64,000 nucleotides of DNA from the NCBI GenBank assembly GCA_963729605.1, contig CAVSNY010000003.1, positions 128,001 to 192,000 of the forward strand, read 5' to 3'. Shown one piece after another: positions 21,901-31,943 of this stretch; position 1 is the stretch's first letter; each line of letters opens with the position of its first letter. The notes beneath the pieces were generated by a model, which did not search any database, was not told the origin of the DNA, and saw only the letters and a list, made by a program, of their open reading frames with translations. Origin of the DNA: an uncultured Gammaproteobacteria bacterium. Its GTDB lineage: Bacteria > Pseudomonadota > Gammaproteobacteria > DRLM01. Position numbers and translations under genes: made by a program.

Positions 21901-21967
21901 CCGCAACGTGGCGGCGGGGTATCTGATGAAGGCGGTGTATCGGCATATTGCGGGCAGTGGTGGGTAA
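18934..21967 (+). pseudogene. hsdR: Type I R-M endonuclease subunit R, split by a +1 frameshift near 20532 (real or sequencing error)
   Basis: PD..ELK nuclease motif, HSAGSGKS, DEAH and TATP in the first ORF; QTGFDQP and SRLNR in the second; deleting one T in ACTTGAC restores RGYTDYKRYY. Confidence 0.92.
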
Positions 21968-22189
21968 GATCATCTGTTGATTTCTGCAAGCGGCGCATCC
22001 CAAACAACGGGGCGACGGCTCGCGGCTCCGAGCGGGTTGCGCGGCCGGACTCAATCGCTGCTTGTGCAGGCCACCGGCAGGCTCGACCTTCACTCCACCT
22101 GCCCCCTACCGGTGCCACACTTCCCCACCCACGCTCCGGTGCGCCTGCCCGAATCCCTGTCCGAACTCATCGCCGGCCCTTAACCATCC

Positions 22190-22579
22190 TCAGGGCAGCT
22201 GCACCGGCGCCGGCGGGGTCCAGCTCGGGTCGCGGTGTTCGGCGATGACGTTGGTGTAGATGCCGCCGCGCACGCCGAATTCGGCGGTGAGGCGCATGAA
22301 ACGCGGCGCGGTGGCCCGCACCAGGTCATCGAGTATCCGGTTGGTGACGGCCTCGTGGAAGGCGCCTTCGTTGCGGAAGGACCACACGTAAAGCTTGAGG
22401 GATTTCAGCTCGACGCACTGCCGGTCGGGCACGTAATCGAGGTACAACGTGGCGAAATCCGGCTGGCCGGTCTTGGGGCATAAACAGGTGAACTCGGGCA
22501 CCCGGATGCGTATAGTATAGTCCCGTCCGGGGTTGGGGTTGGCGAACGTCTCCAGTTCCTTGCTTGCTTGGGATGGCAT
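22190..22579 (-). CDS. queF: PreQ0 reductase QueF (short form)
   Basis: [32 protein letters not shown]. Confidence 0.96.
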   Translation of the reverse strand: MPSQASKELETFANPNPGRDYTIRIRVPEFTCLCPKTGQPDFATLYLDYVPDRQCVELKSLKLYVWSFRNEGAFHEAVTNRILDDLVRATAPRFMRLTAEFGVRGGIYTNVIAEHRDPSWTPPAPVQLP

Positions 22580-22672
22580 GGTTTTCACTCGATCAAAGGG
22601 GCGGATAAGATACCGTATTCGCGCCCGGCCATGAAGACCCATTTCTGAATTTTGACATTACATAGAGACGCT

Positions 22673-25600
22673 ATGCGGCTGAAAAAAATTAAATTGTCCG
22701 GATTTAAATCCTTTGTCGATCCCACCACCGTGCCCCTGCCCAGTAACCTGGTGGGCATCGTCGGGCCCAACGGCTGCGGCAAGTCGAACGTGATCGACGC
22801 CGTGCGCTGGGTGATGGGCGAAAGCTCCGCCAAAAACCTGCGCGGCGACTCCATGGCCGACGTGATTTTCAACGGCTCCACCGGCCGCAAACCGGTGGGC
22901 CACGCCTTCGTCGAGCTGGTGTTCGACAACAGCGACGGCGGCCTCGGCGGCCAATACGCGTCCTACGCGGAAATCGCCGTCAAACGCCAGGTCTCCCGCG
23001 ACGGCCAGTCGATTTATTTCCTCAACGGCACCCGCTGCCGGCGCAAGGACATCACCGATATTTTCCTTGGCACGGGCTTGGGCCCGCGCAGCTACGCCAT
23101 CATCGAGCAGGGCACCATCTCGCGTCTGATTGAGGCCAAGCCCGACGAACTGCGCATCTTTCTCGAAGAGGCCGCCGGCATTTCCAAATACAAAGAGCGG
23201 CGCCGCGAGACCGAGACCCGCATGCGCCACACCCATGAGAATCTCAATCGCATTAACGACCTGCGCGACGAACTTGAGAAACGCATTCAAACCCTGGGCC
23301 GCCAGGCCAAGACCGCCGAGCGCTACAAGGAACTCAAGCAGCAAGAGCGGATTTTGAAGGGTCAGTTGCAGGCCCTGCGCTGGTCCACCCTCAACAACGA
23401 CGCGGCCCAGCGCGAGCGGCAGATAGTCGGCCTCGAAACCCAGCTCGAGGCCGAGGTGGCGGTGCTGCGTAACGTCGAGGCCAATATCGAGCGCCAGCGC
23501 GAGCAGCACATCGAAGAGAGCGACGCCTTCAACAAGGTGCAGGGCAAGGCCTACGAGACCGGCGCCGAGATCGCCCGTCTGGAACAGGCCATCCAGCACG
23601 CCAAGGACACCCGCGAGCAGCAGCACCGCGAACTGCGCGAGGTGGAAAAGGCCTGGGGCGAAGTGCAGGCCCACTTGCAGGCGGACCGCGCGCTCATCGA
23701 ACAACTCACGGCCTCCGTGCAGGAACATGAACACGGCCTGCTGGAAACCCAGGCCCTCGAAGAACGTTCCTCGCAAGCCTTGGACGAGGCGGAAGAGGCC
23801 ATGCACACCTGGCAGCAGGTGTGGGACGAATTCAACGCCCGCGCCGCGGCGCAATTGCAGGCGGCGGAAGTCGAGCGCGCCCGCCTCAATCATCTCGAAC
23901 AGCACATCCGCCAATTGCAGGACCGGCTGACCCGCCTCGAACAAGAATTGGCTACGTTGTCCCCCGAGGCCGTGGAAGCGGAGTTGAACGGCATCGCCGA
24001 ACGCAAGGAACACCTGGACGCGGTGCTGGAGCAGTTGCAGGAGACCATCGAGTCGCACGTCGAGCGCATTAGCGAAGAGCGTCAGCGCCATCAGCAACTC
24101 TCGAACGAGCTCAACACCGTGCGCACCGAATTGCAAAGCGCCCAGGGCCGTTACGCCTCGCTCGAGGCCTTGCAAGAAGAGGCGCTGGGTAAGAGCGAAG
24201 GCGGCGCGGTCAATAGCTGGCTCACGGCGCGCGGCCTGAATGACGCGGCGCGGCTGGCGCAGAAAATCACCGTCGAATCCGGCTGGGAACGGGCGGTGGA
24301 GACGGTGCTGGGTTACGGTTTGGAAGCGGTCTGCGTCGATGGCTTGACCGACATCGGCGCCGCGCTGGCCGATCTCTCGCAAGGCGAAGTGACCCTGTTC
24401 GATACCCGTGCCGAAGTCACCGCGACGACGCGCGGCGTGGAGGCTTCCAGCCTGCTGGATAAAGTGCAGGCGCCCTGGCCTTTGGACGGTTTGTTGGGCG
24501 GCGTTTATCTCGCCGCCAATCTGGACGAGGCCTTGACCCTGCGTCCGCGTTTGAGCGGCCGCGAATCGGTCATCACCCGCGACGGCGTGTGGCTGGGCAA
24601 CGGCTGGTTGCGCGTGGTGCGCAACCCTGACGATCAATCCAGCGTGCTGGTGCGCGAACAGGCCTTGCAGACCTTGCAGCGGCAGATCGCGCAGCATCAG
24701 GCGCGTATCGCCGAGATCCAGGCGCAAGTCGAGCATAGTCAGTCGGCCTTGCGTGAGACCGAGCAGACCCGCGAACTCACCCAAGCTCAAGTGCGCGAAT
24801 CGAGCAATCAGCGCGCCGAGGTGCAGGCCCAGTTCAGCGCGCGGCAGGAGCGGTTGAATCAAATGCGCGCGCGCGGCGAACGTCTGCGCGGCGAGATCGC
24901 AACCCTGCGCGGCGATCTGGCCCGCGACGAAGAGGAAATGGCCGGCACCCGCGAACGTCTCGAAGAGGCCTTGATGGCCACCGAAGGCCACACCGAGCAA
25001 CGCGAACAATTGGTGTTGCAGCGCGATGACAAACGCCGCAGCTTGGAAGAAATCCGCCAGCGCGCCCGTGCCGATCGCGAGGCCCGTCACGCGGTGGCGG
25101 TGCGGGTCGAGACCGCCCGCACCCAATTGAAATCGACCCGCGACAGCCTGGAAAAGATGCAAGGCCAGCTGCATCATCTCTCGGCGCGCCGCGAGGAACT
25201 CAATTCCGCCTTGGCGGCGGGCGGCGAGCCTATCGAACTCATGGCGATGGAACTCGAAACCCTGCTGCAAAAACGCATGGAGGTGGACGAGCAGCTCAGC
25301 GCCGCGCGGCAACGCTTGGCCGAGGTCGATCACCTGCTGCGCGAATTGGCGGAGCAGCGCGCCCAGGCCGAACGCAAATCGCACGAAGTGCGCGGCCAGC
25401 TCGACAGTGCGCGCATGGCACATCAAGAAATCCGCGTGCGCCGCCAGACCTTGGAAGAGCAACTGGCCGAGGGCGATTACAGCTTGCAGCAGTTACTCGA
25501 TGAAATGCCGCAGGACGCCGACGAAACCGTGTGGCACGAGGAGGTGGAGCGCATCGCCGGACAGATCCAGCGGCTCGGCGCCATCAATCTCGCGGCGATC

Positions 25601-26191
25601 GACGAGTTCGCCGAACAATCGGAGCGCAAGACCTACCTCGACGCGCAACACGCCGATCTCAGCGAGGCCTTGGCGACGCTGGAAAACGCGATTCACAAGA
25701 TCGACAAAGAAACCAAGGAACGTTTCCAGGAGACCTTCGACAAGGTCAACGCCGGCTTGCAGGCGATGTTCCCGCGCTTGTTCGGCGGCGGTCACGCCTA
25801 TCTGGAACTCACCGGCGACAATATCCTCGACACCGGCGTGACGGTGATGGCGCGTCCGCCCGGCAAACGCAACAGCACCATCCATCTGCTGTCGGGCGGC
25901 GAGAAGGCGATGACCGCGGTGGCCTTGGTGTTCTCGATCTTCGAACTCAATCCCGCGCCGTTCTGCATGCTCGACGAGGTGGACGCGCCGCTCGACGACG
26001 CCAACGTCGGCCGTTTCTCGAAGATGGTGCAGGAAATGTCGGAGCGCGTGCAGTTCATCTACATCACCCACAACAAGGGCACCATGGAAATCGCCCAGCA
26101 ATTGATCGGCGTCACCATGCACGAACCGGGCGTGTCGCGCCTGGTGTCGGTGGATGTGGATGAAGCCATGGAGATGGCGGCCGCCTCTTAA
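22673..26191 (+). CDS. smc: Chromosome segregation protein SMC
   Basis: GFKSF, GPNGCGKSN, long coiled coils, LSGGEK, LDEVDAPLD. Confidence 0.98.
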   Translation: MRLKKIKLSGFKSFVDPTTVPLPSNLVGIVGPNGCGKSNVIDAVRWVMGESSAKNLRGDSMADVIFNGSTGRKPVGHAFVELVFDNSDGGLGGQYASYAEIAVKRQVSRDGQSIYFLNGTRCRRKDITDIFLGTGLGPRSYAIIEQGTISRLIEAKPDELRIFLEEAAGISKYKERRRETETRMRHTHENLNRINDLRDELEKRIQTLGRQAKTAERYKELKQQERILKGQLQALRWSTLNNDAAQRERQIVGLETQLEAEVAVLRNVEANIERQREQHIEESDAFNKVQGKAYETGAEIARLEQAIQHAKDTREQQHRELREVEKAWGEVQAHLQADRALIEQLTASVQEHEHGLLETQALEERSSQALDEAEEAMHTWQQVWDEFNARAAAQLQAAEVERARLNHLEQHIRQLQDRLTRLEQELATLSPEAVEAELNGIAERKEHLDAVLEQLQETIESHVERISEERQRHQQLSNELNTVRTELQSAQGRYASLEALQEEALGKSEGGAVNSWLTARGLNDAARLAQKITVESGWERAVETVLGYGLEAVCVDGLTDIGAALADLSQGEVTLFDTRAEVTATTRGVEASSLLDKVQAPWPLDGLLGGVYLAANLDEALTLRPRLSGRESVITRDGVWLGNGWLRVVRNPDDQSSVLVREQALQTLQRQIAQHQARIAEIQAQVEHSQSALRETEQTRELTQAQVRESSNQRAEVQAQFSARQERLNQMRARGERLRGEIATLRGDLARDEEEMAGTRERLEEALMATEGHTEQREQLVLQRDDKRRSLEEIRQRARADREARHAVAVRVETARTQLKSTRDSLEKMQGQLHHLSARREELNSALAAGGEPIELMAMELETLLQKRMEVDEQLSAARQRLAEVDHLLRELAEQRAQAERKSHEVRGQLDSARMAHQEIRVRRQTLEEQLAEGDYSLQQLLDEMPQDADETVWHEEVERIAGQIQRLGAINLAAIDEFAEQSERKTYLDAQHADLSEALATLENAIHKIDKETKERFQETFDKVNAGLQAMFPRLFGGGHAYLELTGDNILDTGVTVMARPPGKRNSTIHLLSGGEKAMTAVALVFSIFELNPAPFCMLDEVDAPLDDANVGRFSKMVQEMSERVQFIYITHNKGTMEIAQQLIGVTMHEPGVSRLVSVDVDEAMEMAAAS

Positions 26192-26207
26192 GCCGCGTAG
26201 GATTATT

Positions 26208-27077
26208 ATGGAAAAAGTCAGCTTAGTTTTAATCGTAATCGGTCTGGTGATTATCGCCGTGGTGCTCATTTCGCGGTTGCGCCTGCGGCGCCGCGACGAA
26301 TCAGCGTCCGAGCCTTACCGGCGCGCCAGCGCGCAGGATGAAATGTTCCGCGACGAGCCGCCTGAGTATGATCCCCTGTTCGCCGTCGACAACGCCGAGG
26401 CGGAGCAACGCGAGTTGGACAAGTGGGGCGCCATACACACGAAGGACAAGGACGAGCCCGTGGTGGAAATACCGCCGCCTGCGCCGCGTGCGCACGCCGC
26501 CACGCCACCGCCGCCGCCACCGCAATCCGCCCCGCGCCTGAAAACACCCGCGCCACCGCAATCCGCTCCGCGCGTGACGACACCTGCCGCGCCGCCGGTG
26601 CCGCCGCCCGCGCCCGTGCGCAGCCCGCCGCGCCTGGCCGATGTGGCCGAACAAGTCATCACCTTGAACGTCATCGCCCCCGAGGGACATCGTTTCGCCG
26701 GCCCGGCCATCGCCGCGGCCATGGCGCGCGCCGGCCTGGAGTGGGGCGCGTGGTCCATCTATCACTATTACTCGCAACAAGACCCGCACGCGCCGCCGCT
26801 GTTCAGCGTGGCCAATATGGTCAAGCCCGGCAATTTCGATCCCCAGCGCATGGACGAGATCAGCACCGTGGGTTTGAGCCTGTTCATGGTGCCCGCCATG
26901 GACGGCACCGACCTGACCAGCCTCGACATCCTGCTCGCCACCGCCCGCCAATTGGCCGGCGACCTCGGCGGCGAATTGCGCGACTCACGCCGCAGCGTAC
27001 TCACCCGCCAGGCCATCGAACTGCTGCGCGAACAAATCAATGAATGGCGGCGCAAGGCGCAGGTGGCGCAGTCTTGA
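26208..27077 (+). CDS. zipA: Cell division protein ZipA
   Basis: N-terminal TM, Pro-rich linker, LFSVANMVKPGNFD FtsZ-binding domain; follows smc. Confidence 0.92.
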   Translation: MEKVSLVLIVIGLVIIAVVLISRLRLRRRDESASEPYRRASAQDEMFRDEPPEYDPLFAVDNAEAEQRELDKWGAIHTKDKDEPVVEIPPPAPRAHAATPPPPPPQSAPRLKTPAPPQSAPRVTTPAAPPVPPPAPVRSPPRLADVAEQVITLNVIAPEGHRFAGPAIAAAMARAGLEWGAWSIYHYYSQQDPHAPPLFSVANMVKPGNFDPQRMDEISTVGLSLFMVPAMDGTDLTSLDILLATARQLAGDLGGELRDSRRSVLTRQAIELLREQINEWRRKAQVAQS

Positions 27078-27247
27078 AGGCGGGACGGCACGCGGTACAA
27101 CACTGAAGTTTATGCAGGATGCGCTGCATGCAATGAAGCGCATCCTGCATTGCCTGCCAGATATTTGAGTTAAAGTGGCGGCGCGTCAGGGCCGTTGATC
27201 TTCACCGAAGTGTCGGCAAGTAGTAATGGTTCCGTTGCCGTACTCAG

Positions 27248-27589
27248 CTACGCCTTCTTTACAAATTCCGATTTCAACTGCATGGCGCCAATGCCGTCGA
27301 TTTTGCAGTCAATATCATGATCCCCTTCGACGAGACGAATGCTTTTTACTTTGGTTCCGACTTTAATTACCGATGACGAGCCTTTTATCTTCAAATCTTT
27401 GATCACCGTGACCGTGTCGCCGTCATTGAGCAGGTTGCCATAGGCATCACGCACGACACGTTTGTCATCATTGCCTTCTACGACCGCGTCTTTTGTCCAT
27501 TCATGCGCGCATTCAGGACAAACAAACATACTTGCGTCTTCGTACGTGTATTCGGAGCCGCATTTCGGACATTTAGGCAAACTGATCAT
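27248..27589 (-). CDS. yjdM: YjdM/PhnA zinc-ribbon protein
   Basis: [31 protein letters not shown]. Confidence 0.92.
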   Translation of the reverse strand: MISLPKCPKCGSEYTYEDASMFVCPECAHEWTKDAVVEGNDDKRVVRDAYGNLLNDGDTVTVIKDLKIKGSSSVIKVGTKVKSIRLVEGDHDIDCKIDGIGAMQLKSEFVKKA

Positions 27590-27686
27590 GTTGCATCCTG
27601 TTGCTGATTGGTTGACGGTTGTGGATTGGTTCGGCGCGCTCCCACGCAAGACCGTCTCCAGCATGATTGGCGCTCACCTAAACCAC

Positions 27687-27741
27687 ATGTAGGGTGGGTT
27701 AGCGCATTTTGCGTAACCCACCAAGCGTTGCGAAGCAACAC
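27687..27741 (+). repeat. GTAG-REP arm; left member of a 55-bp inverted pair
   Basis: 53/55 identical to the reverse complement of 30532-30586. Confidence 0.85.
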
Positions 27742-27811
27742 GATATATTCTAGTGAATACCTGGCGGCACGACAGACGGGTTATGACACAACGGTCTATC
27801 GAACCCACCCT

Positions 27812-28225
27812 TTACGGCATCACCACGATCATCCACGACACGCCGTAGCGGTCGGCGAGCATGCCGAAGCGCGGCGAGAAAAAGGTCTCGCTCAGCGGCA
27901 TCTGCACCTGACCGCCGTCGGCCAGCGCCGAGAACAGCCGCTCGGCCTCGGCGGCGTTGGCGGCGGTGATCGATAACGAAAAACCCTGAAAATTCGGCTG
28001 TCCCTGGCATTGGCCGTCGGAGGCCATCAGCGTGGTATCGCCGATGCGAAAACTCATGTGCATGATTTTATGCTCGGCGCCGGACGGCACCATGCCGGGC
28101 GGTTGCGGTTCGGGACTGTCCTTGAAGCGCATGAGCATGATCACTTCGGCGCCCAGGGTCTTACGATAAAAATCGACCGCTTCTTCACAGCGGCCGTCGA
28201 AGAATAAATAGGGTTGGACTTGCAT
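27812..28225 (-). CDS. VOC/PhnB-like glyoxalase-family protein
   Basis: QPYLFFDGRCEEA, IMH, FGMLADRYGVSW. Confidence 0.9.
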   Translation of the reverse strand: MQVQPYLFFDGRCEEAVDFYRKTLGAEVIMLMRFKDSPEPQPPGMVPSGAEHKIMHMSFRIGDTTLMASDGQCQGQPNFQGFSLSITAANAAEAERLFSALADGGQVQMPLSETFFSPRFGMLADRYGVSWMIVVMP

Positions 28226-28385
28226 GGCATCTCCTTTTCGGGGGTTGGGATAAGAGTGGTAAAGCGGCCTGATGGTCTGGTCCGGAACAGGGTCGTGCGC
28301 AAGATTTGATAACACATCGCGCGACGTTTTGGGTTGACTCGGCGACTGGGCAGCTATCGCGGCTGGTTTCTTTGTGAGTTGCCGA

Positions 28386-28814
28386 TTACTGCTTGGCCGC
28401 CATTTCCGCGCGCAAACGCTCCTCTTGTTCGCGCAACTCCGGCGTGAACTCGGCGCCGAAATCCTCCGCCTCGAACACCTGGCGGATCTCGATCACCGCG
28501 TCCTCGCCGGGCAGGGGATCGGGACAGCGCTTGACCCACTCGATCGCCTCTTCCTTGGATTTCACCTGAATCAGCCAGAAGCCGGCGATCAGCTCCTTGG
28601 TCTCGGCGAAGGGCCCGTCGATCACCGTGCGCTTGCCGCCCGAGATCTTGACCCGCGCGCCCTTGGAACTGGGGTGCAATCCCTCGCCCGCGAGCAGCAC
28701 GCCGGCCTTCACCAGCTCTTCATTGTAATTACCCATCGCCGCCAACAGCTTTTCGTCCGGCAGCACGCCCGCCTCGGTATTCTTGCTCGCTTTGATGATA
28801 ATCATGAATCGCAT
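28386..28814 (-). CDS. YciI/DGPF-domain protein
   Basis: DGPFAETKELIAGFW motif. Confidence 0.92.
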   Translation of the reverse strand: MRFMIIIKASKNTEAGVLPDEKLLAAMGNYNEELVKAGVLLAGEGLHPSSKGARVKISGGKRTVIDGPFAETKELIAGFWLIQVKSKEEAIEWVKRCPDPLPGEDAVIEIRQVFEAEDFGAEFTPELREQEERLRAEMAAKQ

Positions 28815-28890
28815 ATCGCATCTCCTTTTAGTGGCTGGGGTGGCCGGACCGGCCGGCGATCCCGCCGGTCGCGTCCCCGCCTGATTGTAC

Positions 28891-28917
28891 GACGAACGAG
28901 GCCGGGCGAAATCGACA
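28891..28917 (-). promoter_or_regulatory. ECF42-type sigma promoter
   Basis: TGTCGA-N17-CGTC on the minus strand upstream of the DGPF gene. Confidence 0.6.
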
Positions 28918-29164
28918 GCTCCAAGCTGTTTTTTTGAAATGGCTTAAGTGGCGGTCTGTTTTGACTTAATCCCCACGCGAAACACGCCCCGAAGAACCGA
29001 CCGGGCACAACGGCGCCGCAAATCGCCGTCAGTCTACGCGCCCAATATGAACTTTGGCCTATCGTTGTCCGGCTTGATAACATGTAGCGTTCGATCACCG
29101 GCCGCGTGCAGGAGACTCATCGAGGTTTGAGCTGGGCGACGGTTAGAGGGAGTACCACGGTCGG

Positions 29165-29253
29165 AGAACATGCAACGGCTAAAAAACATGCAATGGCTAG
29201 AGAGCAGCAACGGCTAGAAAACATGTAACGGCTAGAGAGCATGTAATGGTTGT
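29165..29253 (+). repeat. Five imperfect 18-bp tandem repeats
   Basis: GAGAACATGCAACGGCTA / AAAAACATGCAATGGCTA / GAGAGCA-GCAACGGCTA / GAAAACATGTAACGGCTA / GAGAGCATGTAATGGTTG. Confidence 0.8.
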
Positions 29254-29274
29254 TGGCTGCGCACTGTTTTGAAT

Positions 29275-29325
29275 TTCTCCCCTCCTCCTTGAGGATGAGG
29301 GGTGGCGCGCAGCGACGGGGTGGTA
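29275..29325. repeat. CCCCTC-type intergenic palindromic repeat
   Basis: TTCTCCCCTCCTCCTTGAGGATGAGGGGTGGCGCGCAGCGACGGGGTGGT; similar to 9129-9178. Confidence 0.65.
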
Positions 29326-29389
29326 GTAGAAGCCAATTAATTTTTCATCAATGCGATAAACAGCGGCAAGAATAACGAGGAGCCTAGGC

Positions 29390-30091
29390 ATGGGTGCACA
29401 GTGGAAAGCGAAGGGCAGAGAAGCGGCGGCCAATGCCAAGGGCCGGCTCTTCACCAAATTGGCCAAAGAGATCATGGTCGCGGCGCGCGCCGGGGCCGAA
29501 CCGGAGATGAACCCGCGTTTGCGCCTCGCAGTTGAGCAGGCCAAAAAGGCCTCCATGCCGCGCGACACCGTCGAGCGCGCCATCAAAAAAGGCGCCGGTC
29601 TGCTCGACACGGGCGTGAGTTTCGAAAAACTCATCTACGAAGGCTTCGCGCCGCACCGGGTGCCGGTCATCGTCGAATGCCTGACCGACAACGCCAACCG
29701 CACCGCCTCCAGCATGCGGGTGTTGTTCCGCAAGGGACAACTCGGCGCCTCCGGTTCCGTCTCGTGGGATTTCGACTATCTCGGCGTGATCGAGGCGTCC
29801 CCGGAATCCGCCACCGCCGACCCGGAACTGGCCGCCATCGAGGCCGGCGCCCGCGACCTGGAGCCCGGCGAAGACGGCGCCACGCTCTTCCTCACCGACC
29901 AGACCGACCTGGATGCCGTGTGCCGCGCCTTGCCGGCCTATGGTTTTACCGTGCAAGCCGCGCAATTGGCCTACCGGCCGAAAAACCCGGTCACGCTGGG
30001 CGAAGTGGAACGCGCGGAAGTCGAGGCGTTTCTGGAAGCCATCGATGCGGATGACGATGTGCAGAATGTTTATGTGGGGTTGGTGGATTGA
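29390..30091 (+). CDS. YebC/PmpR family protein
   Basis: [33 protein letters not shown]. Confidence 0.93.
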   Translation: MGAQWKAKGREAAANAKGRLFTKLAKEIMVAARAGAEPEMNPRLRLAVEQAKKASMPRDTVERAIKKGAGLLDTGVSFEKLIYEGFAPHRVPVIVECLTDNANRTASSMRVLFRKGQLGASGSVSWDFDYLGVIEASPESATADPELAAIEAGARDLEPGEDGATLFLTDQTDLDAVCRALPAYGFTVQAAQLAYRPKNPVTLGEVERAEVEAFLEAIDADDDVQNVYVGLVD

Positions 30092-30531
30092 GGGTTGGAG
30101 GGACAGGCATTGGTCGTAAGCGGCGGTTGTGATCCACAGGCGTCATTTGGCTATCAAGCGAGCTGACATGCAAATAGACAACTTCGTAGGCTGGGATGAG
30201 GCAAGGCTAAATCCCAGCGAAGCCACGCATGTGATGCGAACTGACAAGGTAGATTGAAGTAATAAACGCGGCGGAAGCGTGGTGGTATTTTTTACGCGTG
30301 TTATCAGTGCGCCTTACGCGCGCTGCGAAATAGATTATGCACGAGATAGAAGATCAGAAATCTACAAAGAGTTATGGAATAGTACTTCAGGGAGAGTTGG
30401 GCTCCTTACACGATTTCACAAACAGATAGGAAATCAGTTAAGAGAACGCCTGCGAGCAGTAAAACTTCGATAAGAACCGTAGGGTAAATAAACGAAGTGC
30501 ATTGCACAAAATGAGGCAAGGCTACGTCATG

Positions 30532-30586
30532 GTGTTGCTGCGCAACGCTTGGTGGGTTACGCAAAAGGCGCTAACCCACCCTACAT
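30532..30586 (-). repeat. GTAG-REP arm; right member of the 55-bp inverted pair
   Basis: Reverse complement of 27687-27741 with 2 mismatches. Confidence 0.85.
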
Positions 30587-30617
30587 TGAAAAAAGGCCAA
30601 AGACTTCTTCCCGCAAT

Positions 30618-31922
30618 TCATAAAAACCCCGCCGCCAGCGTCGCGATGCCGAGGAAGGTCATGAAACCCACCACGTCGGTGATGGTGGTGAGGACGATCG
30701 ACGAGGCTTGCGCGGGGTCTTGGTCGAGCATGGTGAGCGCGATGGGAATCACCGCGCCGGCCAGGCCCGCGGCGACCATCGAGACCACCATCGCGCTGCC
30801 GATCACCAAGGCCAGTCCGGCGGAGCTCGACCAGAAATACACGGCGATCATGGTGGTGAGCGCCACCAGCACGCCGTTGATGAAACCGGTGCTGGTTTCC
30901 TTGAAGCCGATCCGCCACCAATGGCGGGCGCTGATTTCGCGCAGTGCGAGGCCGCGCATGGTGACCGCCAGCGCTTGCGCGCCGGTGTTGCCGGCCTGGC
31001 CGGCGACGATGGGCAGCAGCACGGCCAGCGCGGTGAATTAGGCGATGGTGTGTTCAAACAGGCCGACCACCGACGCGGCGAGGAAGGCGGTGGCGAGATT
31101 GATCTGCAGCCACGGCAGCCGCTTGCGGACCTTGAATAAGATGGGCGACAGGGCGCGTTCGTCTTTGCTCACGCCCACCATGGTTTGAATGTCGGCGCTG
31201 GTCTCGTCCTGCACCGCGCTGATCAGCCCGGCGTAACGCACCACGCCCACCACCCGTTGCTGGGCGTCGAGCACCGGCAGTTCGGTGATCTTGTGGGTCT
31301 CGAGGATGTCGGCGATTTCCTCGCGGGTGGTCAGCACGTCCGCCACGATCTTGGCCGGCCGCGCCAGCACGCTCAAGCTGGTTTTGCCGTTGGCGAGGGC
31401 GAGGTCCTGGATGTCCACCACGCCCTCGAGATGGCCTTCTTCGTCCACCACCAGCGCGTTGCGGGTGGTGATGCCGCGGTAGCGGCGCAGATATTTCAAG
31501 GTGTCGTTGGCGGTGATGTGGGCGCGGAAGGTGGGCACCACCGGGTCCATGAGGGCGCCCGCGCTATTGGGCGGATACTCCATCAGCCGCCGCAATTCCT
31601 TGGCGAGATGGGCTTCGAGCCGTTGCAGGTAAATGGCGCGTTGTTCCTCGTCGAGCGCGCGCAGGGTCAGCACGGCGCGGGTGGGATCGCCGCGATTCAA
31701 AATCAAGGTGGCGCGCTCCATCGACAAACGCGTGAACAAGGCGTGGGCGACGTGGAACGGCAGCCTGTCCCATACCGCGCCTAATTGCTGGGGCGGAATT
31801 CGTTCGATGAAGTCGACGGCGCGCCGCAGGCTCAGCTCGCTCAGCCATTCCGCCACTTCGGCCGGGTGGTGTTGCAAATAGTGGCGGTTGAGTTCTTGTA
31901 TGACCGCGGCGCTGTCGCTCAT
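30618..31922 (-). pseudogene. mgtE: Magnesium transporter MgtE with an in-frame TAA at 31038-31040
   Basis: MgtE-N, CBS pair and RLPWL, then HTIA*FTALAVLLPIVAGQAGNTGAQ, DPAQAS and TTITDVVG in the same frame. Confidence 0.9.
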
Positions 31923-31943
31923 CAGATGGCTCCGGATAACGGT

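Noticed and set aside
10720-22190. Defence block as an integrative element or prophage
   Set aside because: No integrase, transposase, tRNA target or flanking att repeat found
22658-25462. 934-aa antisense ORF over smc, and similar long antisense ORFs over acs, the aminotransferase, putA and amiB
   Set aside because: Expected stop-poor shadows of high-GC coding strands; no recognisable motifs
27150-27250. attC-like site after yjdM
   Set aside because: Could not identify properly paired RYYYAAC/GTTRRRY boxes, and there is no integron integrase
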